Under the pieces are notes generated by a model. The model was not told the DNA's origin, ran no database searches, and was given only the letters and a program-made list of their open reading frames with translations. The translations under genes and the position numbers were made by a program. From an uncultured Acidimicrobiaceae bacterium (GTDB taxonomy: Bacteria; Actinomycetota; Acidimicrobiia; Acidimicrobiales; RAAP-2), in the NCBI GenBank assembly GCA_963726135.1, contig CAVSBE010000003.1, positions 123,595 through 187,594 of the forward strand: a DNA stretch of 64,000 nt, read 5' to 3'. This document shows, one piece after another, positions 37,598 to 48,290 of this stretch (positions are counted from its first letter, which is position 1; every line of letters begins with the position of its first letter).

Positions 37598-38045
37598 CGG
37601 GTCATAATATTCTATTCAGAGTAATCTGTAAAGAGTGCTCTGAGCCGAACTGAGGTCTTGCCGGATGGGCGGCTGCTCATCCTGGAGCACCACTCGGTCC
37701 CGGGCGCCAAGGGTCACGCCTGCCATGGCTTACCGGACACGCAGGCCGCGGCCTTCGCCACCGCCTGCACCACGGCCGGGTTCGCCGACGTGCGGCGGAG
37801 GAGCACGTGGGCCGGCGCGGACCGGCACTGACAGGAGTCGTTACGACCTACACGTGAGGCGGAGGGCGACGGACGACGAGTACGGATCCCGCGACACAGT
37901 GGGCGCGTGGATGCGCACCGTCGCGCCGAAGTCCGAGAGACGCAGGGGGTCCCGCCCCCACGGCCACCGGCCCGAGCAGGGCCCAAGGAAACGAATCGCC
38001 GCACCCGGAGACCTGTGCCACCAATGGCGCGTAGCCTCCACTGGC

Positions 38046-38854
38046 GTGGCCCCCGCCGTCGTCCACGTCGCGCCGCACCCCGACGACGAGGCGGTCGGCT
38101 GCCCCGGCGCACTCCTCCATCTCAAGGATCGGGGCTGGACCGTGGTCAGCGTCATCGCCAGCCTCGGGTTCAGCGGACAGCGGGATCGCCGCCGCGCCGA
38201 GTCCGAGGAAGCGTCGCGCCGGGCCGGCTTCGTGCCCGTCTTCGTCGACCCGCCCCTCGACCTCGACCTCGACGCCGACCTGGACCTCGCCACCCGCCGC
38301 ATCGCCCACGAGCTGCCGGCGATCGTGAAGGAGCACGGTGCGTCCATCGTCGTCTCCCCCTCACCCCACGACGTGCACCACGGCCACGAGACCGTCGGCC
38401 GCGGGGTCCAGCGCGCCATGGCCGTGCTGCCGCCCACGCTGCGCTGGTGGATGTGGGGGGTGTGGGGCGACCTCCCGGCGCCCAACGTCTTCTACGGGTT
38501 CGACCAGACGATGCTCGACCGGGCGCTGCACATCCTCGATGCCTACACCGGGGAGCTCGCACGCAACGACTACCGACCGTACCTGGCGGGGCGGGCCAGC
38601 GCGAACGCCGTCCTGGGCTCTGAACGCGTCTTCGGCTTCGGTTCCCCCGCGGCGAGCGACCTCCCTTCGCGGAGGTGCTCACCGAGGTGCGCCTGCTCGA
38701 CGGGCGGTTCATGGGCTCCCAGCCCCACCTCCTCGACGAGGGCGGGGAACTCACGTTGACGTACGACGTCGACCTCACCGTCTGGCTCGACTCGCCCAGC
38801 GTGCACGAGCTGGTGGGCTACATCCGCGAGGTCCGCGACGAGGCTGCGACGTGA
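38046..38854 (+). CDS. PIG-L family deacetylase, frameshift near 38660
   Basis: GTG start at VAPAVVHVAPHPDDEAVGCPG (PIG-L signature), and later HDVHHGHE. The C-terminal 62 aa are in a different frame ending at 38854. Confidence 0.7.
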
Positions 38855-38861
38855 GGGCGAC

Positions 38862-39713
38862 GTGACAGACGACGTGACGGGGGACGTGACGACGATCGCC
38901 ACACTGACGCCCGAGCTGGTCGAGGACTTCCGGCGCGACGGGTTCGTGGTGGTGCCGGGCCTCTTGAGCCCCGGCGAGGTGCGACGGTTCGGGGCGGCGG
39001 TCGACGGAGCCGTCGCCCGACGCGGCCGCCACGACACCCGCACGCTCGCCCAGAAGTCGCGCTACGAGCAGAGCTTCACGCAGTGCCAGAACCTGTGGGA
39101 GGACTGCGCCGACGTCCGCCCGCTCACGTTCCATCCCGTCGTCGCCGAGACGGCGGCACGATTGCTCGGGGTCGACGCCGTCCGGATCTGGCACGACCAA
39201 GCGCTCTACAAGGAGGCCGGCGGGCGCGAGACCGATCCGCACCAGGATCAGCCCTACTGGCCGATCGTCGAAACCGACACGATCACCGCCTGGATCCCCT
39301 TCGACGGCTCGACGCTGGACAGCGGCGCCATGGGCTACCTGCCCGGCAGCCACCGCCTCGGGGTACGTGAGTTCGTCGACATCTTCTCCGGCAGTGGCGA
39401 GGACCCGCTGACCCGGCCTGAGCTCGAAGGGATGACGCCCGTGTTCGTGGAGGTCCCGCCGGGCTCCGTCGCCTTCCATCACGGCCTCACCTTCCACTTG
39501 GCCAAGCCGAACGCGACCGGTACGGTCCGTCGGGTGCACACGGCGATCTACTTCGCCGACGGGTCCACCCGGGGCGAGGGGCGCTTCCCGCACCCGGCGG
39601 TGGAACGGGCCGGCATCGCCATGGGCGCGGTCATCGCCAGCGACGTCACACCGATCGCCTGGCCACGCCCCGACGGCCGCCCGCCCCCACCGCCCGCGGA
39701 CCCGATCGGATGA
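38862..39713 (+). CDS. Phytanoyl-CoA dioxygenase (PhyH) family Fe(II)/2-oxoglutarate oxygenase
   Basis: 283 aa reading FRRDGFVVVPGLLS, HQDQPYWP, and GSVAFHHGLTFH. Confidence 0.8.
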   Translation: MTDDVTGDVTTIATLTPELVEDFRRDGFVVVPGLLSPGEVRRFGAAVDGAVARRGRHDTRTLAQKSRYEQSFTQCQNLWEDCADVRPLTFHPVVAETAARLLGVDAVRIWHDQALYKEAGGRETDPHQDQPYWPIVETDTITAWIPFDGSTLDSGAMGYLPGSHRLGVREFVDIFSGSGEDPLTRPELEGMTPVFVEVPPGSVAFHHGLTFHLAKPNATGTVRRVHTAIYFADGSTRGEGRFPHPAVERAGIAMGAVIASDVTPIAWPRPDGRPPPPPADPIG

Positions 39714-40504
39714 GCTGCCTGCTGTCCGACGAGCAACGCGCGTCATGGACCGAGCGGGGCTTCTTCCGCGTCGGCGGCTTCGCACCGCCGGAGACATGCG
39801 AGGCCATGCTGTCCCGGGTCACCGCTGTGGTGCGGGACGCAGACCTCGCGGCCGCGCTCGGCGTGAGGGTGATGCCCGAGAGCAACAAGGCAGGCATGGT
39901 GGTGGACCGGCCCGAGGACGGCGTCTCCAAGATCTTCAAGCTGCACCGCGACCCTGTCTTCGCGGACTTCGCGCATTCGGCTGTGGTCGTCGATCGCGTC
40001 TCGGAGCTCATCGCACCCGACATAGACGTGTTCTTGTCGCAGTTCATCTTCAAGACGGCGGGTGCCTGGGGCCAGCCTTGGCACCAGGACTCCTTCTACT
40101 TCCCCTTCGAACCGGCCCGCCCGGTCGTCGGCGTGTGGCTCGCCGTCACGGAGGCGACGCTGCTCAACGGCTGTCTGCACGTGCTCCCCGGTTCGCACAC
40201 CGAGCCCGTGCACACCCACGTCCCGGACCGCCGGCCAGGCGCCAATTACGGCTACTTCGAGATCGTCGACCACGACATGTCGGCCTCCGAGCCAGTGCTC
40301 ATGGACCCGGGTGACCTGTTGGTCTTCGACAGCCACTTGATGCACTGCTCGACTGACAACGAGTCCGACGGGATCCGCGCCGCCATGGTGTACCACTACG
40401 CCGTGGCGGGGACGGTCGACCACACCGAGGAGTACATCCCGACCCAGAACGACTGGGTGCCGGCGCGACGCGACGGGCGGCCGACGTTGCCGCAGACCTC
40501 CTGA
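39710..40504 (+). CDS. Phytanoyl-CoA dioxygenase (PhyH) family oxygenase (second copy)
   Basis: 264 aa reading WTERGFFRVGGF, WHQDSFYFP, and GDLLVFDSHLMHCS. Its start overlaps the previous stop. Confidence 0.8.
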   Translation: MSCLLSDEQRASWTERGFFRVGGFAPPETCEAMLSRVTAVVRDADLAAALGVRVMPESNKAGMVVDRPEDGVSKIFKLHRDPVFADFAHSAVVVDRVSELIAPDIDVFLSQFIFKTAGAWGQPWHQDSFYFPFEPARPVVGVWLAVTEATLLNGCLHVLPGSHTEPVHTHVPDRRPGANYGYFEIVDHDMSASEPVLMDPGDLLVFDSHLMHCSTDNESDGIRAAMVYHYAVAGTVDHTEEYIPTQNDWVPARRDGRPTLPQTS

Positions 40505-40517
40505 GGATCCGGAGCAG

Positions 40518-41555
40518 GTGCCGCTGAAGTTCGACGCCATGCTGCCGGCCCGGCCCTTGCGCGAGGCGGCCGAGCTCGGGCGCCAGGCGGCGGACGCCGG
40601 GCTGTCGGGCCTGGTGGTGACCGAGGCGGGACGCACGGCCTATCTCACGTGCGGCGCGCTGGTGGTGGCGGCCGACATCGACGTGCTGACGGGCATCGCC
40701 GTCGCCTTCCCGCGGAGCCCCATGGTCACCGCGGCCACGGCATGGGAGCTGGCCGAGGCGAGCGGCGGTCGTTTCCGTCTCGGTCTCGGGGCACAGGTGC
40801 GGGCCCACGTCCGACGCCGCTACGGCTCGGAGTTCGATCCCCCGGGGCCACGGCTACGCGAGTACGTGATCGCGGTGAAGGCGATCTTCGAGTCCTTCCG
40901 CGACGGGGCGCCGCTGGCGGTGGAGGGCGAGTACTACAACCTCTCGCTGCTGCCACCCACCTGGTCGCCCGGACCCATCGACTGCCCGGATCCGCCCGTC
41001 GACGTCGCGGCGGTCAATCCCTGGATGCTCCGCATGGCTGCGGAGGAGGCCGACGGCGTGCACATCCACCCGCTGAACACGCCCACCTACCTGAGCGACA
41101 CGGTGCTGCCGAACCTGGAGAAGGGCGCCGCCCGCTCGGGACGCAACGTGGATGATCTCGAGGTCATCGTGCCGGCCTTCCTCGTCGTGGGCGACACCGA
41201 AGTCGAACGCCGCGGCTGGCGGGAGCGGGCACGGATGCAGGTGGCGTTCTACGGGTCGACGCCCAACTACGCCTTCATCTTCGAGCAGCTCGACCGGGAG
41301 GGAACGACCGATCTCATCCGCGCACGCCAACGGGCGGGCGACCTCCCCGGCATGGCGGCAGTCATCGACGACGACCTGCTCAAGCACTTCATCACCGAAG
41401 GGACGTGGGACGACATCGCCGCGACCATCGTGGACAAGTACGGCGGGATCGCAACCCGGGTCGTCAGCTACTTCACGGGTTCCGATGTCGTCGCCGACGC
41501 CGACGCCTTCGAGCGCTGGGGGGAACTGGCCCGAGAGGTGGTGGCCCTTTCCTAG
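40518..41555 (+). CDS. LLM class (luciferase-like) F420-dependent oxidoreductase
   Basis: 345 aa. The N-terminus AADAGLSGLVVTEAGRTAY, the overall length and the GLGAQVRAHVRRRYG block are typical of this family. Confidence 0.8.
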   Translation: MPLKFDAMLPARPLREAAELGRQAADAGLSGLVVTEAGRTAYLTCGALVVAADIDVLTGIAVAFPRSPMVTAATAWELAEASGGRFRLGLGAQVRAHVRRRYGSEFDPPGPRLREYVIAVKAIFESFRDGAPLAVEGEYYNLSLLPPTWSPGPIDCPDPPVDVAAVNPWMLRMAAEEADGVHIHPLNTPTYLSDTVLPNLEKGAARSGRNVDDLEVIVPAFLVVGDTEVERRGWRERARMQVAFYGSTPNYAFIFEQLDREGTTDLIRARQRAGDLPGMAAVIDDDLLKHFITEGTWDDIAATIVDKYGGIATRVVSYFTGSDVVADADAFERWGELAREVVALS

Positions 41556-42043
41556 CGGAATGCTCCGGGCTCTTGCTCGGGCTCCTGGGAGGTGCGGCGG
41601 CGGAGAAATCCACGCGTGACCTTCTCGGGCTTCACCGGCTCCGCGTGCTCCTCAGGATGCTCGGGCTCCTCCGCGGCGAGGGCGGCATCGAGCTCGGCGA
41701 AGGATCGGTCATCTTCGCCGTCATCCCTGTCGTCCGGCCCGGCGAACTCCTCGCGGATCGGCATGCCGTCGACGTCCTCCACGAGCGCCTCCTCAGCCTC
41801 GAGGTCGATGGGCTCGTCGAGATCGCCGTCGGCCGGACCATGCTCGAGCGACACCCTCGGGGTCGAAGCGATGAGGGTCTTCGGGTTCGCAACGGAGCCT
41901 TTGCCCTCTGTGCGCTCGAACAAGCTGGACAGCCGCTCCTCGACCGTCGCGATGTCGACCGCCGCCGCAGCCAGCGCCCGCTGGAGCTCGGGAACGTGCC
42001 CGGGCAGGTGGGTCGAGCGGCTCTTCCCGAGTGCGTCGTCCAT
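41552..42043 (-). CDS. Acidic hypothetical protein
   Basis: Start at MDDALGKSRS. 163 aa and very Asp/Glu-rich in the C-terminal half. The upstream part of the track ORF looks non-coding. Confidence 0.45.
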   Translation of the reverse strand: MDDALGKSRSTHLPGHVPELQRALAAAAVDIATVEERLSSLFERTEGKGSVANPKTLIASTPRVSLEHGPADGDLDEPIDLEAEEALVEDVDGMPIREEFAGPDDRDDGEDDRSFAELDAALAAEEPEHPEEHAEPVKPEKVTRGFLRRRTSQEPEQEPGAFR

Positions 42044-42179
42044 GTCCCTCCGATCCGTGAGGATCCCCTGCCTCAGTCTGGCACGGGAATTCGGGGCTGA
42101 TTGTGCGGGGGTCCGGGGTGAGGCGGTAGAAAGGTGGTCCCGACGAGGTCGTGTGAGCGAGGAAGGACGTGCGGTGGGG

Positions 42180-42485
42180 ATGCAGTTGAAGGCAGGAACG
42201 AGGCTGCGGAGCGCAACCGACGCCTGCGAGGTGGTCGTGGTGCGGACGCCAGGTGAGCCCGTCGACCTGCGCTGCGGGGGACATGCCATGTTGGCCATCG
42301 ACGCCGAGGTGACGCCACAGACTACGGAAGCCGGGTTCGACCAGGGCACGTTGCTGGGCAAGCGCTACGCCGACGAGGAGCTCGGCCTCGAGGTGCTGTG
42401 CACCAAGGCGGGGGAAGGCTCGCTCTCGGTGGGCGAGACCCTGCTCGCCGTCAAGGGCGCCAAGCCGCTGCCCGCATCGGACTGA
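42180..42485 (+). CDS. Small hypothetical protein (~101 aa)
   Basis: Start at MQLKAGTRLRSATDACEVVVVRTPGEPVDLRCGGHAM, preceded by gaggaagga. Lies immediately upstream of the acyl-CoA synthetase. Confidence 0.5.
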   Translation: MQLKAGTRLRSATDACEVVVVRTPGEPVDLRCGGHAMLAIDAEVTPQTTEAGFDQGTLLGKRYADEELGLEVLCTKAGEGSLSVGETLLAVKGAKPLPASD

Positions 42486-42516
42486 GCGCGCCGGCGCCAA
42501 GGGAGGATCCCGGCCC

Positions 42517-44022
42517 GTGAACATCGCCATGCTGCTCGAGATGGCGGCCGAGGGCGGCCCCGACCGCATCGTCCTCGGATCCCACGAGGGCGGCATCAGT
42601 GCCGCCCAGCTCCTCGAGCGGGCGAAGCGGGCCGCCGTGTACTTCGAGAAGGCCGGGGCCGAGGTCGTCGGCTACTTCGGGTTGAACTCCGACGTGTTGC
42701 CGGTGGCACTGTTCGGCGCCGCGTTGGCGGGTGTGCCGTTCGCGCCGATCAATTACCGGGCCCCGGACGAGCAGCTGCACGGGATTCTCGAACGCGTCGC
42801 CGGCGGCCTGATGATCGCCGACGACGACGAGGTCGGGCGGCTGCGGGCGTGCGGGGCCGAGCACGTGGTGACGAAGGAAGATCTCGCCGCGGCCATCGCG
42901 GAGCCGGTCACGGGGGAACATCGCTTCGTCGACCCTGAGGAGATCGCCGTGCTGCTCTTCACCAGCGGCACGACGTCGGAGCCCAAGGCGGCGGTGCTGC
43001 GCCACCGGCATCTCGTCTCCTACATCATCACGAGCGTCGAGTTCATGGGGTGCGCACCGGACGAGGCCCAGTTGATCTGCGTGCCGCCGTACCACATCGC
43101 CGGCATCGCGGCGGTGTTGAGCTCGCTGTACGCGGGACGGCGCATCATGTACCTGCCGGCGTTCGAGGCCGCGGCCTGGGTCCGGTTGGCCACCGAGGAG
43201 CGGATTACGCACGCCATGGTCGTGCCGACCATGCTCGGTCGCATCCTCCAGGCCGTCGAGGAGAGCCGGCGCGGAGCCGGCCGCGCTGCGCCACCTGTCC
43301 TACGGAGGCGGGCGCATGCCGCTCGAGCTCGTCGAGCGCACGTTGCGCGACCTGCCCCACGTCGACCTGGTCAACGCCTACGGGTTGACCGAGACGTCGT
43401 CGACGATCGCCATGCTGACCCCCGACGACCACCGGGAGGCCTTCACCAGCGATGACCCGGCGGTGCGGTCGCGGCTCGGGTCGGTGGGTCGTCCCCTCCC
43501 GTCCCTCGAGGTAGAGGTGCGGGGAACCGACGAGACGGCGCTCCCGGCGGGCGAAAAGGGCGAGATCTGGGTGCGGGGCGAGCAGGTCGCCGGCGAGTAC
43601 GTGGGGCGATCCGTGCTCGACAGGGAGGGGTGGTTCCGCACCCGGGACGCGGGGTGGTTCGACGCGGACGGCTTCTTGTACATCGAGGGCCGGCTGGACG
43701 ACGTCATCGTGCGGGGCGCCGAGAACATCTCGCCGGGCGAGATCGAAGAGGTGCTGTGGCGCACCCTGCCGTAGGCGAGGCGGCCGTCATCGGCATCCCC
43801 GACGCCGAGTGGGGCGAAGCGGTGGCGGCCGTCGTGGTGCTGCGGCCCGACGCCTCGGTCACCGAGGACACGCTGCAGGGGTGGGTCCGCGAACGGCTGC
43901 GCTCGACCAAGACTCCGGTCGTCGTGGAGTTCCGGGACGAGTTGCCGTACTCGCCGACCGGGAAGCTCCTGCGGCGGGTGCTGCGGGAGGAGCTGGCGAC
44001 GGGCCGGAGCGAATCCGCCTGA
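42517..44022 (+). CDS. AMP-dependent acyl-CoA synthetase/ligase, two frameshifts (near 43270-43320 and 43750-43775)
   Basis: AMP-binding motif LLFTSGTTSEPKAAVLRH. The next frame has YGLTETSS and GWFRTRDAG. The last frame has PYSPTGKLLRR. Confidence 0.85.
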
Positions 44023-44056
44023 GCAGCCAGTCCCGGCGTCGGCCTCCTGCCCGGAC

Positions 44057-44934
44057 TCAGTGCGCGTAGTACAGCGGCGTGTCCTCGCCCACGACCAACT
44101 GGCGGAGACCCTCGGGCGCCACCAACCGATGGTCGGCCGCGCCGGTCTCCGACAGTCCGAGCTGCAGGATGCCGCAGCGCTTCGTTCCGATGGTCGCCTG
44201 CCACGAGTCGGGCAGCGCGGCCCACGTGGTCGGCGCCCAGACATGTGCCGTGCCGTCGAGCTCGAGCGCGCGGTACTGGTGCACGTGGCCGCTCAGGACC
44301 AACGGATGGCGCGGGATGCCGGCGAGCAGGGCGCGCAGGCGGTCGCGGGCCGGCGACGGCACGAACCGGACGGCTGGTGCACCGGCAAGCTCCGTGTCGG
44401 TGGCGTCGATCGGCTTGTGGGAGACGAACACCAACGGGCGCGGTCGGCCGGTCACCGTGGCCATGACCTCGTCCAACCACCCCCACTGCTCCTCTTCCGC
44501 GGGCAGGCCCGAACCGAACAGCTCCGCGTTGACACCGACCAACAGCCAGCCCTCGAGCTCTTGTGCCCACCAGAGCGGACCGACCGCTCGGGTCCAGCTG
44601 GCGAGGTTCTCGTCTGTCACGACCCCGGCGGGATCACCCCGGGGATCGGGTTGTCCCCAATATCGTGATTGCCGGGGACGGCGATCCACGGTGTGGGCGC
44701 GAGCCGACCCAGCTGCTCCCGTGCGTAGTCCAAGTCCGCGGCGTCGTGCTCACCGTCGAGTGACAGGTCGCCGACGTGGACCACGAGGTCAGGTGCTGTG
44801 CGGCGGATGTGGTCGACCACGGCCGACCAGTTGCGCTCCGCATCGAGCGCACGCCCGGACAGGTGGCTGTCCGAAACCACGACCAGCTGCGCCGGCGCCG
44901 CCACTGCGGCCAGGCTATCCAGGGTCCCCGCCAA
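44057..44934 (-). CDS. Metallophosphoesterase, frameshift near 44617-44689
   Basis: N-terminal frame VVVSDSHLS...VVHVGDLSLDG...AVPGNHD. C-terminal frame VFVSHKP...VLSGHVHQY. The start is approximate (TTG 44934 or GTG 44904). Confidence 0.7.
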
Positions 44935-45385
44935 GACCGGCCACGGTGGTGGTCCGGCTCGGGCCGGCGCACCAACCGACGAGCGTCTTGACGTCGAGAT
45001 AGATGACGGCCGCGAACTCCGTCTCGCGGTACTGGGGGTACTTCGCACGCAGCGCCCGTTCGGCCTCCTCCTTTTGCCGGGCGCCGACGTCGTGGTCGGG
45101 CAGGCGCTCGAGATAGGTGCGCACCCACCACAGACGCGACCAGTCGTCGGGGTCCCATTGCTCGCAGAGCAGGGTCGCCGTGGCGTTGTGATCGAGGTTG
45201 CGCAGGCGCCCCAGCTCGGTCGTCTCCTTCGGTTTGACCCGATCGACCGGCGTCGCGATGACCTTCGAGACGACGGTGAAACAGACCGGCACGGCGTCGA
45301 TGTGCTGCTGGCGGTTCGACGTGCACAAGATGCCGTGGTCGGCGGAGCGCAGGTGCCGCCAGTTGTCGTCGCTGGTCATTCGCAC
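44915..45385 (-). CDS. PPOX-class probable F420-dependent enzyme (Rv0121-like)
   Basis: HGILCTSNRQQHIDAVPVCFTVV and SRLWWVRTYLE are typical of this split-barrel family. The 3' end may be over-extended. Confidence 0.65.
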   Translation of the reverse strand: MRMTSDDNWRHLRSADHGILCTSNRQQHIDAVPVCFTVVSKVIATPVDRVKPKETTELGRLRNLDHNATATLLCEQWDPDDWSRLWWVRTYLERLPDHDVGARQKEEAERALRAKYPQYRETEFAAVIYLDVKTLVGWCAGPSRTTTVAGLGGDPG

Positions 45386-45388
45386 CCG

Positions 45389-45769
45389 CTACTCCTCGAC
45401 CGCGAAACGCTCCCAGGCCGACTGGCGCGTGATGCCGAGGGCGTCGCCGATCTGCGCCCAAGTGGCCCCGAGCGTGCGGGCCCGGCGCACCCAGCCGAGA
45501 AGGCTCTCTTCGACTTGGGCCCGAGCACGGGCCACGTTGGGGAGATTGGCCAGTGCGGCATCGAGCGAATCGGTCATCTCCCAGGGCAGGAGGCGGGGCT
45601 CCTGCCTGACGGCGGGCAACTCGCCGATGATCTGGCAGCACAGGTCGATGCAGCCGTCACAGACGAAGACGGCGGGCCCCGCCACGAGGGCCTTCACTTC
45701 GGTGTTCGGCTTCAGGCAGAAGGAGCAGCACGCGATGGCGTCCTTCGCCTTCGCCTCGGGGGCCCTCAC
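45389..45769 (-). CDS. ClpX-type C4 zinc-finger domain protein with a C-terminal HTH-like segment
   Basis: [30 protein letters not shown] resembles the ClpX zinc-binding domain. The C-terminus reads [22 protein letters not shown]. Confidence 0.65.
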   Translation of the reverse strand: MRAPEAKAKDAIACCSFCLKPNTEVKALVAGPAVFVCDGCIDLCCQIIGELPAVRQEPRLLPWEMTDSLDAALANLPNVARARAQVEESLLGWVRRARTLGATWAQIGDALGITRQSAWERFAVEE

Positions 45770-46014
45770 GCGGACCGGGCCTCCACGCGGGGGGAGTGTC
45801 CCGCAAAACTGTCAACGAGATCGTTGAGAGTGTCCAGAGCCCTCACCCCGTGTCCAAGGCTGATTGACCTCCTGCCGATCGCCAGGGTTCACCTTACTTT
45901 GTCAGGACAACCCTGACTAGAGTGCCGTCCCCGACCTCCCCCGCTGGTGCGGCCCCCGTCGTGCCGGTCAGGCGCCCGTGACGACTGCAACTTTGCCGTC
46001 GAGAGCCCTCATGA

Positions 46015-46197
46015 TCAGGCCCGGGCGAGGTGTCCGGCCTCGGTGATGACGTCGAGCCCGTGGTGGTCCCGCTCCCAGCTTGGCTCGTCGGTCACAGGAC
46101 GGATTGTTTCACGCCGGACCGCGGCCCGACCGGCGGCGAGGGCGAGGATGAGGATGAGGACGCCAACGGGATCCTTCCGCAGCCCTCCCTCGCTCAT
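46015..46197 (-). CDS. Possible 60-aa single-TM peptide translationally coupled to mntH
   Basis: Its ATG overlaps the mntH stop (ATGA at 46194-46197). Reads MSEGGLRKDPVGVLILILALAAGRAAV.... Third codon positions are strongly G/C, as in real genes here. Confidence 0.35.
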   Translation of the reverse strand: MSEGGLRKDPVGVLILILALAAGRAAVRRETIRPVTDEPSWERDHHGLDVITEAGHLARA

Positions 46198-47843
46198 TTG
46201 ATCGCCACTTCGACGATCTTCACAATGACCAGAGCCAGTGCCACGACGAGGTAGCCGCGCAGCGCCATGAGCCCGATGGTCCGCTGGCGCGACATCACGG
46301 GGCGCTCGAGGCGGGCCAGGGGCGGCATCCGCCAGGTGTCGCGGCTCACGGTCTCGGCCAGCACGTCGTCCACCGTCACCTCGTCGCGGTGACGACGGGC
46401 CCGGATCAGCAGGAAGGCACCGAGGACCAGGCCGCTCACCGCTCCGACCGCCATCACGGCAACGATCTGGGAGCCCGTGATGGCAGGAAACAGCACACTG
46501 ACCGTGAGGATGACCGACAGGATGACCAGGACCCAGATGATGACGCCGGTCACCATGTTGAGCTTCTTGCCGTTGACCCACGGCCCGAGCACGGCTTTGT
46601 CGTTGCACAGGATCGCCAGAAACACGACGGCGCTGGGCAGGAGGACTCCGGCCAGGACCTGCACCCCCAGGGTCAAGAGGCCGAGCGGCACCTGCGGGAT
46701 CAGGACCAGTGCGGCAGCAAACGCGATGAGCGCGGCGTAGCACGCGTAGAACCCCTTGGCCTGCGACACGGGCCGGTGCAGCGAATGCTTCTGGTTCAAG
46801 ACGTCGCTGGTGGCGTACGCGGTGGCCAGTCCGACGGCGGCGGCGCCGATGATCGCCGCGTCGATGAGGGCGATGGCGAACAGGTCCCCCACCGTGCGCG
46901 ACACGTAGGTGGCGAGACCGTGGGCGACCCCTCCCGCGTCAGTGAAGTTCCCGAAACCGGGCGTGTGGGCGAAGGCGGCCGACGAGAATCCCATGATGGC
47001 CACGCCGCCGACGACCACCAGAGCGATGCCGATGACGAGGTCGACGCGCTCGTAGTTGATCCACCGCGGCGTGATGCGCTTGTCGATGATGTAGGACTGC
47101 TGGAAGAACAGCTGCCACGGGGCGACCGTCGTGCCCACGATGCCGATGACCAGCAGCATCACGGAGGACAGGGGTGCGCCGTGAGGGATACGGGGCACGG
47201 CGAAGTCGTGGGCCACCTGCCCGATCGGCGGGTGCACCATGAGGACCAGGGGGACGAGCAGGAGCGAGCCGACGACGAGCATCAAGCAGAGCCGCTCGAA
47301 GCGCCGGAAGCTCCCCGTGCTCACGGCGCCGACGATGGCCACCGCGGCGACGATCACCGAGGGGAGCTTGGGCAGCCCCAGGTAGGAGACCGCCAAGGAG
47401 ATGCCGATGAACTCGGTGACGATGGTCAGCGCGTTCAAGAGGAACAGGTCGATGACGCTGAATGCGCCCCAGAACTTGCCGAAGCGTTCGAGGATCAGGC
47501 GGGCATGTCCGACGCCGGTGACGGCGCCAAGGCGCAGCACCATGTCCTGGCAGACATAGAGCACCGGGATGAGGAGGCCGAGCGTCCAGACGAGGTGCGT
47601 GCCGAAGTTCTGGCCCGCCTGGCCGTAGGTCGAGAAGGCGCCGGCGTCGTTGTCGCCGACCATGACGATGAGGCCCGGCCCGACGATGGCGAGCAGGGTC
47701 TTGAGCTTGAGCGAAAGCCTCGGGCGGGCTGCCGTGTCGCCGTAGGCGATGGTGCCCAGGGCGCCGTTGATGTGGCCGACGTGGGCATCGTCGAGGACGG
47801 CGACGTCCCGGCCCGGTGGTGCGAGGTGGGTGAAGTTCTCCAT
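46194..47843 (-). CDS. mntH: NRAMP family divalent metal (Mn2+/Fe2+) transporter
   Basis: Start at MENFTHL after an aaggag RBS. Has the NRAMP motif GPGLIVMVGDNDAGAFSTYGQAG and about 11 hydrophobic helices. Confidence 0.9.
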   Translation of the reverse strand: MENFTHLAPPGRDVAVLDDAHVGHINGALGTIAYGDTAARPRLSLKLKTLLAIVGPGLIVMVGDNDAGAFSTYGQAGQNFGTHLVWTLGLLIPVLYVCQDMVLRLGAVTGVGHARLILERFGKFWGAFSVIDLFLLNALTIVTEFIGISLAVSYLGLPKLPSVIVAAVAIVGAVSTGSFRRFERLCLMLVVGSLLLVPLVLMVHPPIGQVAHDFAVPRIPHGAPLSSVMLLVIGIVGTTVAPWQLFFQQSYIIDKRITPRWINYERVDLVIGIALVVVGGVAIMGFSSAAFAHTPGFGNFTDAGGVAHGLATYVSRTVGDLFAIALIDAAIIGAAAVGLATAYATSDVLNQKHSLHRPVSQAKGFYACYAALIAFAAALVLIPQVPLGLLTLGVQVLAGVLLPSAVVFLAILCNDKAVLGPWVNGKKLNMVTGVIIWVLVILSVILTVSVLFPAITGSQIVAVMAVGAVSGLVLGAFLLIRARRHRDEVTVDDVLAETVSRDTWRMPPLARLERPVMSRQRTIGLMALRGYLVVALALVIVKIVEVAIK

Positions 47844-48164
47844 GGCGGTCTCCTTGTTGCGAGGAGAACGCTTCTTCGACCGTCGGACTTCATGACGGGA
47901 GTCAGCAGACGGCCGGGGAAGGGTTCTCCGTCTCGATTCTGAGAAGGTCGAGCGGATCCGAGACACGACACGGAGAGGTGGCTCGGAAGTGGCGAAGGAC
48001 CTGCGAAGGGCAGGCCGCGCAGGTGGGATGCACCTGCGGGTGACCCCGACGTCGGGCAGCTGACTCAGCGCAACGCTAAATCAGGCGGGAAACGACGCCG
48101 GGGCACGGCTGTGGGGGCTGGCAACAATGAGGTTCTGAACTCATGACCGGCCCTCCTTTCACGC

Positions 48165-48191
48165 TGTGCACCAGGGCGTCGTGTGCACCAG
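48165..48191. promoter_or_regulatory. Direct repeat TGTGCACCAG x2 in the mntH/CDF divergent intergenic region
   Basis: Identical 10-mers at 48165-48174 and 48182-48191, each containing the palindrome GTGCAC. They lie about 100 nt upstream of the CDF start. Confidence 0.25.
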
Positions 48192-48290
48192 TGTAACCGG
48201 GCTGTCCCCGAATTCATAACCAGCACCGGTGTCGCAGTTGCCTCTCGTTCGCAACGTGCATGGCACAGGCCCGGGCGAGAAGCTGTGGCC

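Noticed and set aside
37665-38045. N-terminal 127 aa of track ORF 37665-38759 and overlapping ORFs (37714-38112, 37907-38623), considered as coding sequence upstream of the PIG-L gene
   Set aside because: The composition is Arg/Pro/Gly-rich, all frames are open, and there are no motifs. The PIG-L signature begins right after an in-frame GTG at 38046.
42093-42125. ggggctgattgtgcgggggtcc resembles the 5' end of tmRNA
   Set aside because: Only the first ~9 nt match. There is no tRNA-like 3' end, no tag reading frame and no pseudoknot-rich body in the 135-bp intergenic space.
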